DNA of 43,665 nt, from IMG/VR virus record IMGVR_UViG_3300044612_000613, positions 1 through 43,665 of that record. One strand, given 5' to 3'. The stretch's first letter is position 1; every line of letters starts with the position of its first letter. The notes beneath the pieces are model-generated. The model ran no database searches. It was not told the DNA's origin and saw only the letters and a program-made list of their open reading frames with translations. Shown here piece after piece: positions 35,401 through 43,665 of the stretch. A program made the position numbers and the translations under genes. This DNA is from a virus. Lineage: Duplodnaviria; Caudoviricetes.

Positions 35401-38400
35401 GTGCATGCCGCTCATGTTCTTCTTGACCCACTCCTTGCCCTGCATGTCGGTCAGGGCGCGAGTGTCGAGCTTAAACGCGCGCTCGCCCTCGGGAAGCGGC
35501 GAGCCGTCGGGCATCGTGCCGCGGCGCAGGACGAAGATCGCACGCCACGCCGGGTCGTCGTTCAAGTCCTTCTCGACCTGTGCGCGCAGCTCCTTCATTT
35601 CCTCGGACTTCGCACGATTGGCCTCGCGCTTGGCGTAGGCGAACTGGACCGCGCCCTCCTGCTCGATGGCGGACTGCCGGGCAGCCTGCACCGCGAGCTG
35701 GTAGCGGCGGAACTCGTCGTCGGACATGTCGCCCTTCTCGGCTTCCGACAGCAGCGGCTGCATGCCGAGGTCCTGGCGAACGGCGTCGATCTCCTCGTCG
35801 GTCGCCAGCATGCGGTCGAAGTAGGCGCGCACCTCGGGCGTCAGCTCGGCGTTCTGCAGCGCGTTCTTGAACAGTGAGTAGATGTTGCCGAGCCACGTCT
35901 TGAACGACTGGAACGCACGCTTGAGGCGCGGGCTCGGGGCCTTGCCTTCCTCGAGGTACGCCTCGAACGACTCGGCGAACTTCTCGTGTGCCTTGCGAGC
36001 GCGCTCGTTGTGCGCGTCGTCGCCCTTAATCATGGCGAGCTGGTCGAGGCTGTCGACGCCAAGCCACTCCAGCAGCCGCGCGTCGTCGTCGACAATGCGC
36101 TGCTGGTCTGCCGTGCGATCCGCCTCGGGAATGGCCGCGACCTGCGCGTTCACCTGCCGGCGCAGCTCGAGGAACATGTGCGCCGATTCGTGCAGGAACG
36201 TCGACTTGTCGGCCTTGTTCCCCAGCGTGATGATGTAGCGATCGAACCCGCCCGGGTAGCCCGGCACGATGTTGATGCTGCCGCGCTTGGTGTCGTCGAG
36301 GGTTTGGGAGAGCGTCGACGGGTCGCCTAGGTCGAACGATCCGTCGTTGCCGATGGCTGATTTGACAGCCTTTTCGTTAAAGACAGCGTAAACATCAGAG
36401 ATGGTTTTTGATTCCGAATCTGGTGTCGGAGGGTCTAAAAGGTTCTTGAAGATTACGCCATCAAATCCTTGCCGCTTAGCCTCAAGTGTCACCTCGTCAG
36501 TTGTTGCAACGTCGTTGCGCCACCTGCCGGGAAGGCCGTCAGTTGGTATGTCGTCGTACCGCCTTCCACCAGCGTCAACGACCATCGGGTCTCGCATCCT
36601 GATGTATACAGGTTGCACGTTTGGAATATTGCCAAGCTGCCTCCCTCGAGACTCCATTGCGTACTGGGATGCAAGCTCCGTAGACGAAGTAAAGAATAAA
36701 GCCCCGCCGAAAGTAAACCCGCTGGTCGGGCTTATGTATTCGGAAAAATCCTCGCCCGTCCCGTGATACACCACCAACGGCCGCCCCTGCTCGTCGACGA
36801 CCTGCGACTCCCCGAACCACCGCTTGAACTCCGGCGTCTGCGTCTGCTCGGCGGGCTGGGATTGATAGAACGTCCGCACATCCGAGATCGCGCCCTCGTC
36901 CCAGATGACGTAGTTGCGGCTGCCGTCGCCAGCGCCTCGGCTCGTCCCTTCGAGGTAGCGCAGGCCGGGGATGCCGGCGGCGAGTAGGGCCTCGGAGGCG
37001 GCGCGCGAGTACCCGAGGGAGAGATACAAATCTTTCCCGGTCTGCGGCGCCCCATCGCCACCAGAAAGCACGTAGTCAACGCTGGCTTGGCCATACCAAC
37101 GAGCAATCACATCACGCAGCCCCTGCTTGACCTTCTCCGGCTGCTCACTCAGCGGCGCGTCCCAGTCTAGCAGATCGCCGTCGTCGGGGATCTCGGCGGC
37201 GTAGAGCTGGCCCTGCCCCGGCTTCTCCGTGAAGTCCTTTTTCGACTCGGCTTGATTCAGGTACTCAAGCGCCTCGCGCCAGACGGCCAGCGTCTGCTGC
37301 TCGCCCTTGTCGGCCTTGCGCTTCTCGCTCCACGTCTCGGCGTCCTTGATCCAGCCGGCCACGTCCTTGCGAGCCTTCGCCAGCGTGGTCGACTTGACGA
37401 TGCGCGCGGCGAAGTAGCCGCCAGTTCCGGGCTGGAACTCTTGCCCACGGAAGAACCGGCGCGGCGACTGCTCAGCTCCGCCGCTCAGCTTCTCCCGATA
37501 CCACTCCGCAATCTCCCGCTTGCCGGCAAAGTAGAGCCCCCACCCGTAAGCCTGCGCGCCCTCGCCCGTGCCGATGGCCTGGAGCTTGAACCCCTCGCGC
37601 TCGATGCCGCGATGCGGGCTGCCGTGAAACACCGACTGAAACATCATCCGCGGGTCCTTGCGCGACCACGTCCCGCGGTTCTCCGTCGACTTGACCTGCG
37701 TCGGCTCGAACGCGACCCACGCGTTCTGCTCGGGAATCCACACGCCGTCGAAACCCTGCGACTGCAGCATCATGCGAGTGAGCGCGGCCTCGGCCGCGTC
37801 CTCGAACGACTGCGCCTCGGCCAGCGTCATCGTCTTGGGGTTCTGGATCGAGAGGTAGACGTCCAGCACCACAGCGTCGGCGGGCACGTAGTTCGACGCC
37901 TTCTCGGCGTAGGACTCAGCGCCAGCGCGGTCGGGCGTGAAGAAAAACCCCAGCCCGCTGCTCGCGTGCCCGGTGGCCGTGGCCAGCAGGCGGCGATCGA
38001 ACGCGGCGAACTCCTCGCCCGTGCCGTGGTAGACGACCATCGGCGTGCCGTCGGGGTTCGCCACCTTGGACTGCTCGAACCAGTCCTTGAATGCCTGCGA
38101 GTCGGTCGGCGCGGCCTGCTCGAACTCGACGCCCTCCTCGCCCGGCGCGCGATCCATGCCCAGCGCGCGGCGCACCGCGGCGTTGTCCATCTCCGCAAGC
38201 TGCTCGCGGCCGATGCCGATCTCCTCGAGCATGCGGCCCAGTTCGTTCGTCGACTCGTTGAACGCAGCGCGGTCGACGTTGAAGCCTTCCGGCGAGAACG
38301 CCGGCGTCTCGCCGAGGTCGCCGATCAGCAGGTCGATGACCGTGTTGATGTCAGCGCCGTCGGCGTCGTACTCGTTCGCGTTCTCCTTGGCCGTGCGCTG

Positions 38401-40515
38401 GATGAACCCGTTGTCGATGGCCATCTCCAGCGCCTGCTCGACGGTCATGCCGCCCTGGCGCAGCAGGCCGCGGCGGTTGGCATCCTGCGCTCGCAGGTCG
38501 CCGGCACCGAAAGCGCCGGGGTCGATGCCGCCCTGCTTGCGGATCAGCTCGACCAGCCGCTGGCCACTGACCTCGCGGTCGGAGAACAGGCGGCCCGAGC
38601 GCAGCGCCTCGATGGCACCGTCAACGACGGCGTCCACGTTGCGGGCCTCGGCCACGCGCTGCACCGACTCCGGCGTGTCGCGGCGGATCGTGAACCGCGG
38701 GTTCTCCGGCGTGCCGGCCAGCGATTCCAGCGACATGCCTGAACGCACAACGGCGGTGCGGAACTGCGCAGCGAACAGCTCGGCCTGCTTCTCGGCAACG
38801 TCGGGCGTCGCGCCGGCCGACTCGAGCTGGTTGCGCGCGAGGTCGTAGATCCAGTTCGTCGAATCCTCGGCGGGGCGGCCCTGCGCGCCCGTCGCCTCGA
38901 TGAAGTCACGCAGCGCCTGCTCGCGGTCGAAGTTGACGGCCTCGTCCAGCGGCATGCCGCCCGGCGTGAGGCGGGCTGACTTCTTGGCGGCCGAGCGCTG
39001 CTCCGGGGTCAGTGCGGTGAAGAACCCCTCGATCGGCAAGCGCACCTGCCCGTTCGACAGGGCGGCCGACGTCAGCTCGGCACTGTCCACGCCCAGCGGC
39101 TCGAGTGAGTCGCGCAGTTGGTCGTCGGACTGGAACAGCTCACGAAACCGATCGACCGGAAGGTAGACGTCCGAAATGCTGGAATTCTTGAGGCGGGACA
39201 GTACCTCGCGCAGCCGCTCCGGCGACAGCTCGGTCAGCTTGAGGCCGCCGATGGCCTTGTCGATCTGCTCCAGCGTCTCGGCTTCCTGCACCGCCATGGT
39301 CGCGTCCTGCTCGGCACGGACGGCGTGCATGGTGCCGCGGAAGATCAGTCCGACGCCGAACGCCGCCAGTCCCTCGCGCTCCAGCCCTTGGAACATGTCG
39401 AACGAGTCGTCGACGAGCGCCTTGGTGATGGCGTCCTGCATGATCGACTCGGTCATTTCCTGACCGGCCTCGCCCGCGCCCGCCATCAGGATGTCGGCGA
39501 CGCGCTTGTTCAGCGCAGCCTTGGCCGGCTCCGGCAGTCGGCGCATCAGGAAGCCCAAGCCCATGCGCTCGGTCACGGCGGTGACGGTCGCACCAAGCGC
39601 CTGCGCGGTGTCGGCCTCAGCCGTGCCGTAGGTGCCAGCCGCCTCAGCCCGGTCGGCCTGCGTGTCGATGCCCTGCGCGCCGCCAAGGCCCAGCACGCCA
39701 GCACCGCCAGTGAAATAGGCCGCGGCAAGGTACGGACCCAGCGAGCCCAAGCCCGACGCGATGTCGGTGCCGAGGTTCTGGCGCGACTCGTCGACCGCGA
39801 TGTTCTCCTGCGCGAACCCCTCGATGGCAGATCCCGCCGAACGAATGCCGCCGCCGACCAAGCCCAGCGGGTTCTCGACCCAGTCGGGGAGCATGTCGCG
39901 CGCCGACTGCACATTCGCAGCGTACTGATCCCCGAGGTCGTCGGAGAACAGCCGCCAGAACGACTCGCCCAGCGCCTCGGCGGCCTGCTGCGAGCGCTGC
40001 ATGTTGCGCCCGCTCATGTTGAGCGCTTCGCCGCCGCCAGAGATCGCCGAGCCCACGCCGGACACGACGCCTGCCAAAAGCGATTGCGCGCCGTCAGCGA
40101 CGTAGCGGAATGCCGGGGCGGTGATGAACGCCTGCTCGAGCAGCGACAGTCCCTCGATGTCGTCCTTCGCCACGGCCGCGGCGTCCGGGTCGCCGGCCAG
40201 GTACTCAGCCGTGCGCGGGGCCTGCGTGGCGAACTCGTCCATGCGCGCCATCGTTTCCTGCTCGCGCAGGTCGTCGATGCGCCGCTCGGCCGTGCCCGTG
40301 GGCAGCCCGTACTTCACAGCCAGCCGCTCGGCCTCGGCCACCAGCGCGGGGTCGCGGCCGGCGTTCACGCGGGTCGTGGCGCGCAGGCTGGTGCGGACTG
40401 CGTCGTCCTGCTCCCCGAACACATCGGCGTCTGTCATCAGCCCCGTCGTCTGCTGCCGCTTCGGGTCAGGGGCCGGGCCGAACACCTCGTCGTCGGTCAG
40501 CAGGCGATCACTCAC
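32434..40515 (-). CDS. Giant internal virion (ejection) polyvalent protein with three ADP-ribosyltransferase-like domains and an HExxH metallopeptidase
   Basis: About 2,690 aa in the T7 gp16 position. YHGT/FHGS ART-like motifs three times, and STFLHESAH...HEKFA. GTG 40515 has SD GGAG (alternative start 40533). Confidence 0.85.
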   Translation of the reverse strand: MSDRLLTDDEVFGPAPDPKRQQTTGLMTDADVFGEQDDAVRTSLRATTRVNAGRDPALVAEAERLAVKYGLPTGTAERRIDDLREQETMARMDEFATQAPRTAEYLAGDPDAAAVAKDDIEGLSLLEQAFITAPAFRYVADGAQSLLAGVVSGVGSAISGGGEALNMSGRNMQRSQQAAEALGESFWRLFSDDLGDQYAANVQSARDMLPDWVENPLGLVGGGIRSAGSAIEGFAQENIAVDESRQNLGTDIASGLGSLGPYLAAAYFTGGAGVLGLGGAQGIDTQADRAEAAGTYGTAEADTAQALGATVTAVTERMGLGFLMRRLPEPAKAALNKRVADILMAGAGEAGQEMTESIMQDAITKALVDDSFDMFQGLEREGLAAFGVGLIFRGTMHAVRAEQDATMAVQEAETLEQIDKAIGGLKLTELSPERLREVLSRLKNSSISDVYLPVDRFRELFQSDDQLRDSLEPLGVDSAELTSAALSNGQVRLPIEGFFTALTPEQRSAAKKSARLTPGGMPLDEAVNFDREQALRDFIEATGAQGRPAEDSTNWIYDLARNQLESAGATPDVAEKQAELFAAQFRTAVVRSGMSLESLAGTPENPRFTIRRDTPESVQRVAEARNVDAVVDGAIEALRSGRLFSDREVSGQRLVELIRKQGGIDPGAFGAGDLRAQDANRRGLLRQGGMTVEQALEMAIDNGFIQRTAKENANEYDADGADINTVIDLLIGDLGETPAFSPEGFNVDRAAFNESTNELGRMLEEIGIGREQLAEMDNAAVRRALGMDRAPGEEGVEFEQAAPTDSQAFKDWFEQSKVANPDGTPMVVYHGTGEEFAAFDRRLLATATGHASSGLGFFFTPDRAGAESYAEKASNYVPADAVVLDVYLSIQNPKTMTLAEAQSFEDAAEAALTRMMLQSQGFDGVWIPEQNAWVAFEPTQVKSTENRGTWSRKDPRMMFQSVFHGSPHRGIEREGFKLQAIGTGEGAQAYGWGLYFAGKREIAEWYREKLSGGAEQSPRRFFRGQEFQPGTGGYFAARIVKSTTLAKARKDVAGWIKDAETWSEKRKADKGEQQTLAVWREALEYLNQAESKKDFTEKPGQGQLYAAEIPDDGDLLDWDAPLSEQPEKVKQGLRDVIARWYGQASVDYVLSGGDGAPQTGKDLYLSLGYSRAASEALLAAGIPGLRYLEGTSRGAGDGSRNYVIWDEGAISDVRTFYQSQPAEQTQTPEFKRWFGESQVVDEQGRPLVVYHGTGEDFSEYISPTSGFTFGGALFFTSSTELASQYAMESRGRQLGNIPNVQPVYIRMRDPMVVDAGGRRYDDIPTDGLPGRWRNDVATTDEVTLEAKRQGFDGVIFKNLLDPPTPDSESKTISDVYAVFNEKAVKSAIGNDGSFDLGDPSTLSQTLDDTKRGSINIVPGYPGGFDRYIITLGNKADKSTFLHESAHMFLELRRQVNAQVAAIPEADRTADQQRIVDDDARLLEWLGVDSLDQLAMIKGDDAHNERARKAHEKFAESFEAYLEEGKAPSPRLKRAFQSFKTWLGNIYSLFKNALQNAELTPEVRAYFDRMLATDEEIDAVRQDLGMQPLLSEAEKGDMSDDEFRRYQLAVQAARQSAIEQEGAVQFAYAKREANRAKSEEMKELRAQVEKDLNDDPAWRAIFVLRRGTMPDGSPLPEGERAFKLDTRALTDMQGKEWVKKNMSGMHTNEGGVHPDMAASVLGFKSTLDMLNAIASKPSKKDAIEAEALRRWQERNPDPMLDGELDARVTRALHSDAAEEVMVREINALFGGRKLALPPLRDYVARLVSEKPVKDLAPNRHKQVEMREARKAAIALGKGDKLEAAKARRNSLMARLHYRAETDAKERAEAFRDEGLRLAKKPSQERLARAGWEGYLDKVNQILASFDLRRMSTKDLERKKSLRSWVEAQQDAGEITAVSEELIARVESERVTNWREAKVAEIDAAMDALKNIQHLAKIKNKLTAARDGREWDEARTDLLGRMLDSLPETVGGEVSRRDVGDLEAARRGVVGALANLNRPENVIEALDGGETGPWHDYVWTVMQDAENKAVEYRKALGTKLKALRAETPEAFKTLQDKVTILGGKLTVSRATLLGIALNTGNASNLQRLMDGGIVDGSRRVKLNPGEVKQILSELRADELQFVQGMWDAVDSLWPDIVNLQRRMSGLPPEKVDPQEANVVSKDGKNVTLRGGYWPLVYDANRSTVGETQDGADAMRVMMGAGFTKAFTPKGYQKARVESFESPLQLDFASVMSRHMDHVITDLSHREAVRDVNRILSDNEIKEQLILRVGREGYDNLRGSLSYAVSASSAVAGRVAARWARALDTLLTNTSVAALAIRPDIALGNLTSATIQGLDRVGVKALMRGWWALETSRTKTTEAIVAKSGFMAQRLNETDFQFQQELARLAGERGWGPAYRRMMMALHRAADAEVTRALWWGRYQQALDAKESEAQAVLSADKAVRQTQTASGRKDVSTFERDSQFKQARQFMGPMFVIFGRLYAMARGEGATQRVGARASTLMIQVFLAPAIFALAAGRGPEDGDDDEEIGSGDWARWLAVNVGLFPLMTLPYLRDLTAIGEEVITDKPVNPRAAPTTQAVIQMGRAFQSMGDNVGTYMETGEVDYFDATRDIFSILGPIVGAPAAQVRITSKTVEAVLDDPEQDKTEFAKMAVYGPPRE

Positions 40516-42574
40516 TGGGCGCGCTCCATCCATTGCCGGTCCACGTCAGGGGACCGCGTGGCGTGAAGTATACGGTGCCAGCCGTTCGCTGGGCGGGGTC
40601 ACGCGGGGCGCGCGGCAGCTCGAACGCCGGCACCTCGTCGCTGCTGGTCATGCCGAACCAGCCCGGTTTCTCGACCACGGCCTTGACCAGCAGCCGGTCG
40701 GCCATGTCCTGCACCTCGGCCGCGTTGGGCATCTTCCCGTTGTCCGCCGTGTGCTGCGCCACCTCAGCCGCCAGAGAGTCGCGGAACTGGTTGACCGCGT
40801 CCTCGCGCCCCGACTTCGGTTTCAGCGGGTCAGCCACGCGCTCCGGCCGCTGGGCGTAGCCGATCTGCACCATCGCCGCCCGGGTGATCTCCTCCTGCAG
40901 TTGGCGGGACTTGACGAACTCAGACTCCTGACCGGCGCGAAGCTGCCGGCGTGCGGCCAGCAGCGTGTTGTAGTCGTCGTCGTCCAGCTTGTCCCGGTTC
41001 TCCTCAAGGAACCCCGGCGTGATGAAGCGCTGCGGGGTAAGCGTGGCGATGTCGGCCAGCTCGTTGTAGGCCGTCCGGTCGCTCGGGACCATGTCGCGCC
41101 GCTGGCGCTCGTAGGTCTCGACCTTCACCAAATCCAGCGGGTTGATGCTCGACCGCATCTCCGGCGTCATGCTGGCGATCGTGCCGCCGCCCTGGATGTG
41201 GGCGTATGCCTGCTCCAGCGTCGCCTCGCGGGCCTCAGCATCGGCAACGGCCTTGGCGCGCAGCACGCTGGCAGCCTTGGACTCAGCCAGCCGGCGCACG
41301 TCCGGGTCGGTCTCGGCGGCCAGCGCGCGCATGACGCCAGCCTCGGTCGGGCTGCTCGTGGCGGCCTGCTCGAACTTGGCGACGCGCGCCTCCCAGCCGG
41401 CGGCATACTGCTGGTATTTCTCGGGGTCCTGCTCGACCAGCTTGGCGTAATGCGCGCGGCGCAGGCGGGCGTAGACCACCGGGTCGCCGCCCGACTCCAC
41501 GATCCACTTGCGGGCGTTCGCCGGCCCTTGGTTCACCGCGGCGTCGAAGGCGATTCCCTGCAGCGCGGGCGGCAGGGAGTCGGCGTTGATCGCGTCCCAG
41601 TAGCGCTCGCGGTACAGCTCTTTCGCCTTCTCCGGCGTCAGGTTCCGCACGTCGACGTCGGGGTTGGCCGTGATGTTGATGCCGAAGTTGGTCTCGCCCT
41701 TGCCGGCGTCGTTGGCCACGTAGCCACCCTCGACGGCCAGCACCTGCTCGACCACGTTGTCGAACCCGCCCGAGCCGTACAGCGCGCGAGACACCAGCGC
41801 GTCAGCCTTCACCGTGTTGCGAGCCTCGCGGATGCGCGGCTCCAAGCGCACGACCTCGCCGGCCGTGAGCTTGTCCTTCATCGAGTCGAAGTAGGTCACG
41901 GCAGCGCCCGGGTCCTCGACCATCAGCCGATCGACCACGCCGGAGTAGACACGGCCGCGGGCCTCGGCCAGCGCCGCGTTCACCACGACCGGCGACGCGC
42001 CACGCATCTCGGGCATCGACAGGATGCCGCGGGCAGCGCGCTCGGCCTCGAGGTCCACCCGCTCCGGGTCGGTGTAGTTCGCCGCCGCGGACTGGGTGGC
42101 CGTCGACACGTAGGCCTTCGCCTCGTCGGAGTAGAACCGCTCGGACTCCTGCAAGACGTGGCGCGACAGCCCGCGCTGCAGGTCGGTGCGGCGGCCTTGG
42201 GCCTGCCGGCGGAACGCATCGCGCTGGGCCGGCGTGAGCCGCCCCTCGATCTGGCCGACCTGCTGGTCCCACTGCGGGAACACCTGCTCGGGCAGACCGA
42301 ACGCGTCGCGCCCGCGCTTGGCGTAGGCCCCGTTCTCCGGGTCGTTGAATAGGGACAGCTCGAGGTCGGCGAGCTGCCGGTCGGCGTCCATGAGCGCCGC
42401 GACGTCCGCCTTCTCCTGCTCCTGCTGGGCGATCTGCCCGAGCATGCCGCCGGTCTTGCCGACGGCCTGAGCGACGTCAGCGCCCAGCGTCTCGGCCGTG
42501 GTGTAGTTCTGGATTCGCGCGCTGGGCAGGTTCGAAACGCCGACCTGCTGCTGGTACTGGGGAACCCGTGGCAT
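40508..42574 (-). CDS. Internal virion protein with GH108 lysozyme domain
   Basis: VLAVEGGY...GETNFGI...YRERYWD...FDAAVNQG. MPRVP N-terminus. T7 gp15 position. Confidence 0.85.
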   Translation of the reverse strand: MPRVPQYQQQVGVSNLPSARIQNYTTAETLGADVAQAVGKTGGMLGQIAQQEQEKADVAALMDADRQLADLELSLFNDPENGAYAKRGRDAFGLPEQVFPQWDQQVGQIEGRLTPAQRDAFRRQAQGRRTDLQRGLSRHVLQESERFYSDEAKAYVSTATQSAAANYTDPERVDLEAERAARGILSMPEMRGASPVVVNAALAEARGRVYSGVVDRLMVEDPGAAVTYFDSMKDKLTAGEVVRLEPRIREARNTVKADALVSRALYGSGGFDNVVEQVLAVEGGYVANDAGKGETNFGINITANPDVDVRNLTPEKAKELYRERYWDAINADSLPPALQGIAFDAAVNQGPANARKWIVESGGDPVVYARLRRAHYAKLVEQDPEKYQQYAAGWEARVAKFEQAATSSPTEAGVMRALAAETDPDVRRLAESKAASVLRAKAVADAEAREATLEQAYAHIQGGGTIASMTPEMRSSINPLDLVKVETYERQRRDMVPSDRTAYNELADIATLTPQRFITPGFLEENRDKLDDDDYNTLLAARRQLRAGQESEFVKSRQLQEEITRAAMVQIGYAQRPERVADPLKPKSGREDAVNQFRDSLAAEVAQHTADNGKMPNAAEVQDMADRLLVKAVVEKPGWFGMTSSDEVPAFELPRAPRDPAQRTAGTVYFTPRGPLTWTGNGWSAPSE

Positions 42575-42577
42575 CGG

Positions 42578-43147
42578 TCAGCCCCCCAGCGTCATGCGGT
42601 TGCCCGACTTGTCGAGCCGGCCGGGGTTGAATGGCTTGCTCGGTGCCGGCGTCGACTTGCCGCCGAACATCCCGCCCGAGTACGCCTGCCCGGTCATGCT
42701 CGATGCCGTGGTCAGGAGCGTGCCGATGGCCTGATTCCGGCCTGCACCCCGAGCCGCGCGCCCCCGGTTGGTCTGGTTCACCGCCTCGACGTCGAAGCCC
42801 CACGCCTGCCGCAGCGCGTTCGCGCGCAGGTTCAAGGCGTCAGCCGCGCCGAAGCCGGCCGTCTCAGCCTGCAGGTCCAGCGCCGTGCCGGAGTTGACGT
42901 CGAGCCCGTTGGCCGCCAGCGTCGCGCGCTGCGTGCCCAGTGCTGCACGCACTCGCCGAAGCTGGCGCTCCTCCTCGATGTTGCCGATCTGCTTGGCTTG
43001 CTCGGCCTGGTTCCGCGCGACCGCGGCGTTCTGGTCGGCGGCGCGCTGCTCGGCCTTGCCAGCCTCGTTCGCAGCGGCAGCGCCATACAGCCCGCTGCCG
43101 GCGGTCAGGGCCAGCGATGCCATCATCAGGGTAGTCGGTTCACACAT
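42578..43147 (-). CDS. Internal virion protein (T7 gp14-like)
   Basis: MCEPTT N-terminus, G.QRA.LAANG.D..SG motif, Ala/Gln-rich. Confidence 0.8.
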   Translation of the reverse strand: MCEPTTLMMASLALTAGSGLYGAAAANEAGKAEQRAADQNAAVARNQAEQAKQIGNIEEERQLRRVRAALGTQRATLAANGLDVNSGTALDLQAETAGFGAADALNLRANALRQAWGFDVEAVNQTNRGRAARGAGRNQAIGTLLTTASSMTGQAYSGGMFGGKSTPAPSKPFNPGRLDKSGNRMTLGG

Positions 43148-43607
43148 GGCTCACCTCGAGCTTGAAGGGGCGGAACGGCACGCCGTCGGGGCCGTGCGGA
43201 ACAGGGTCGCCAAGCGTGAAGCCCAGCCACTCCAGCCACCGCTTGCTCGCCTCGTTGCGGTCGTCGACGTGGTTCACCAGCGTAGGATACACGCGCAGCA
43301 TTTTGCCGACGTAGGGCCGGCAGCGGCGCAGGAAGGCGGCCGGCCGGGCGACCAGCTCGTCGGTCCCGAGCAGCCACGGCGATCCGATTCCGGCGATCAT
43401 GTTGATCGGCGCGACCCCGAATACGCACACCGCCCGCCCGTCGTACAGCCCGGCCCACGCCGCCGTCGAGACGCGCAGCGCCTCGGTCGTCGCCTGCCAA
43501 GGGGTCGAGTGCGACGTCGCCCATACCTCGGCCCGGTCAGCCTCGCGCATATGCTCGGCCACCTCGAGCGCGTGGTCGGCCGTGGCCTTGACGACGCGGA
43601 CGGTCAC
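43140..43607 (-). CDS. GNAT-like protein (T7 gp13-like)
   Basis: MREADRAE, PWLLGT, LVNHVDDRN..S.RWLEWLGF. Confidence 0.82.
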   Translation of the reverse strand: MTVRVVKATADHALEVAEHMREADRAEVWATSHSTPWQATTEALRVSTAAWAGLYDGRAVCVFGVAPINMIAGIGSPWLLGTDELVARPAAFLRRCRPYVGKMLRVYPTLVNHVDDRNEASKRWLEWLGFTLGDPVPHGPDGVPFRPFKLEVSHV

Positions 43608-43665
43608 AGGCCCCCCCGCTTGGCGAGAACCAGCTTGACCATTCCGATCAGCATGTCCTCGCCAT
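43484..43665. repeat. Terminal direct repeat, right copy
   Basis: Matches 1-182 with one mismatch. Confidence 0.95.

Noticed and set aside
30940-42352. Long plus-strand ORFs (e.g. 30940-33105, 33196-35877, 40121-42352; also 13321-15606, 9827-11251)
   Set aside because: Antisense shadows of high-GC genes, with no recognisable motifs.
1-43665. tRNA/rRNA genes, IS elements, T7-type RNA polymerase, DNA polymerase
   Set aside because: No supporting motifs seen, and nearly all of the sequence is accounted for by other genes.

Overview
The window looks like an essentially complete, high-GC, podovirus-type temperate phage genome. Positions 1-182 are repeated at 43484-43665 with one mismatch, so the unique circle is about 43.48 kb. 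The gene organisation resembles Bordetella BPP-1/T7-like virion modules, but there is no phage RNA polymerase. A leftward arm starts at a cro-like gene and carries the lysis cassette, SF2 helicase, DNA methyltransferase, VRR-NUC, small accessory genes, P4/D5 primase-helicase with a putative origin, terminases, portal, scaffold, capsid and tail tubular A. It continues through a split tail tubular B, an HNH-like gene, four internal virion proteins (one a ~2,700-aa polyvalent protein with three ADP-ribosyltransferase-like domains and a metallopeptidase) and three fibre/adhesin genes. A short rightward arm carries a cI-like repressor, YqaJ/RecT and small HTH genes. No integrase or partition gene is recognisable. 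Where the two arms converge there is a dif-like site with a good XerC arm and a degenerate XerD arm, flanked by two NrdR-box-like palindromes. This suggests a tailed phage that uses host XerCD, possibly with NrdR as an accessory factor. All protein calls come from motif recognition by eye; no database searches were run.
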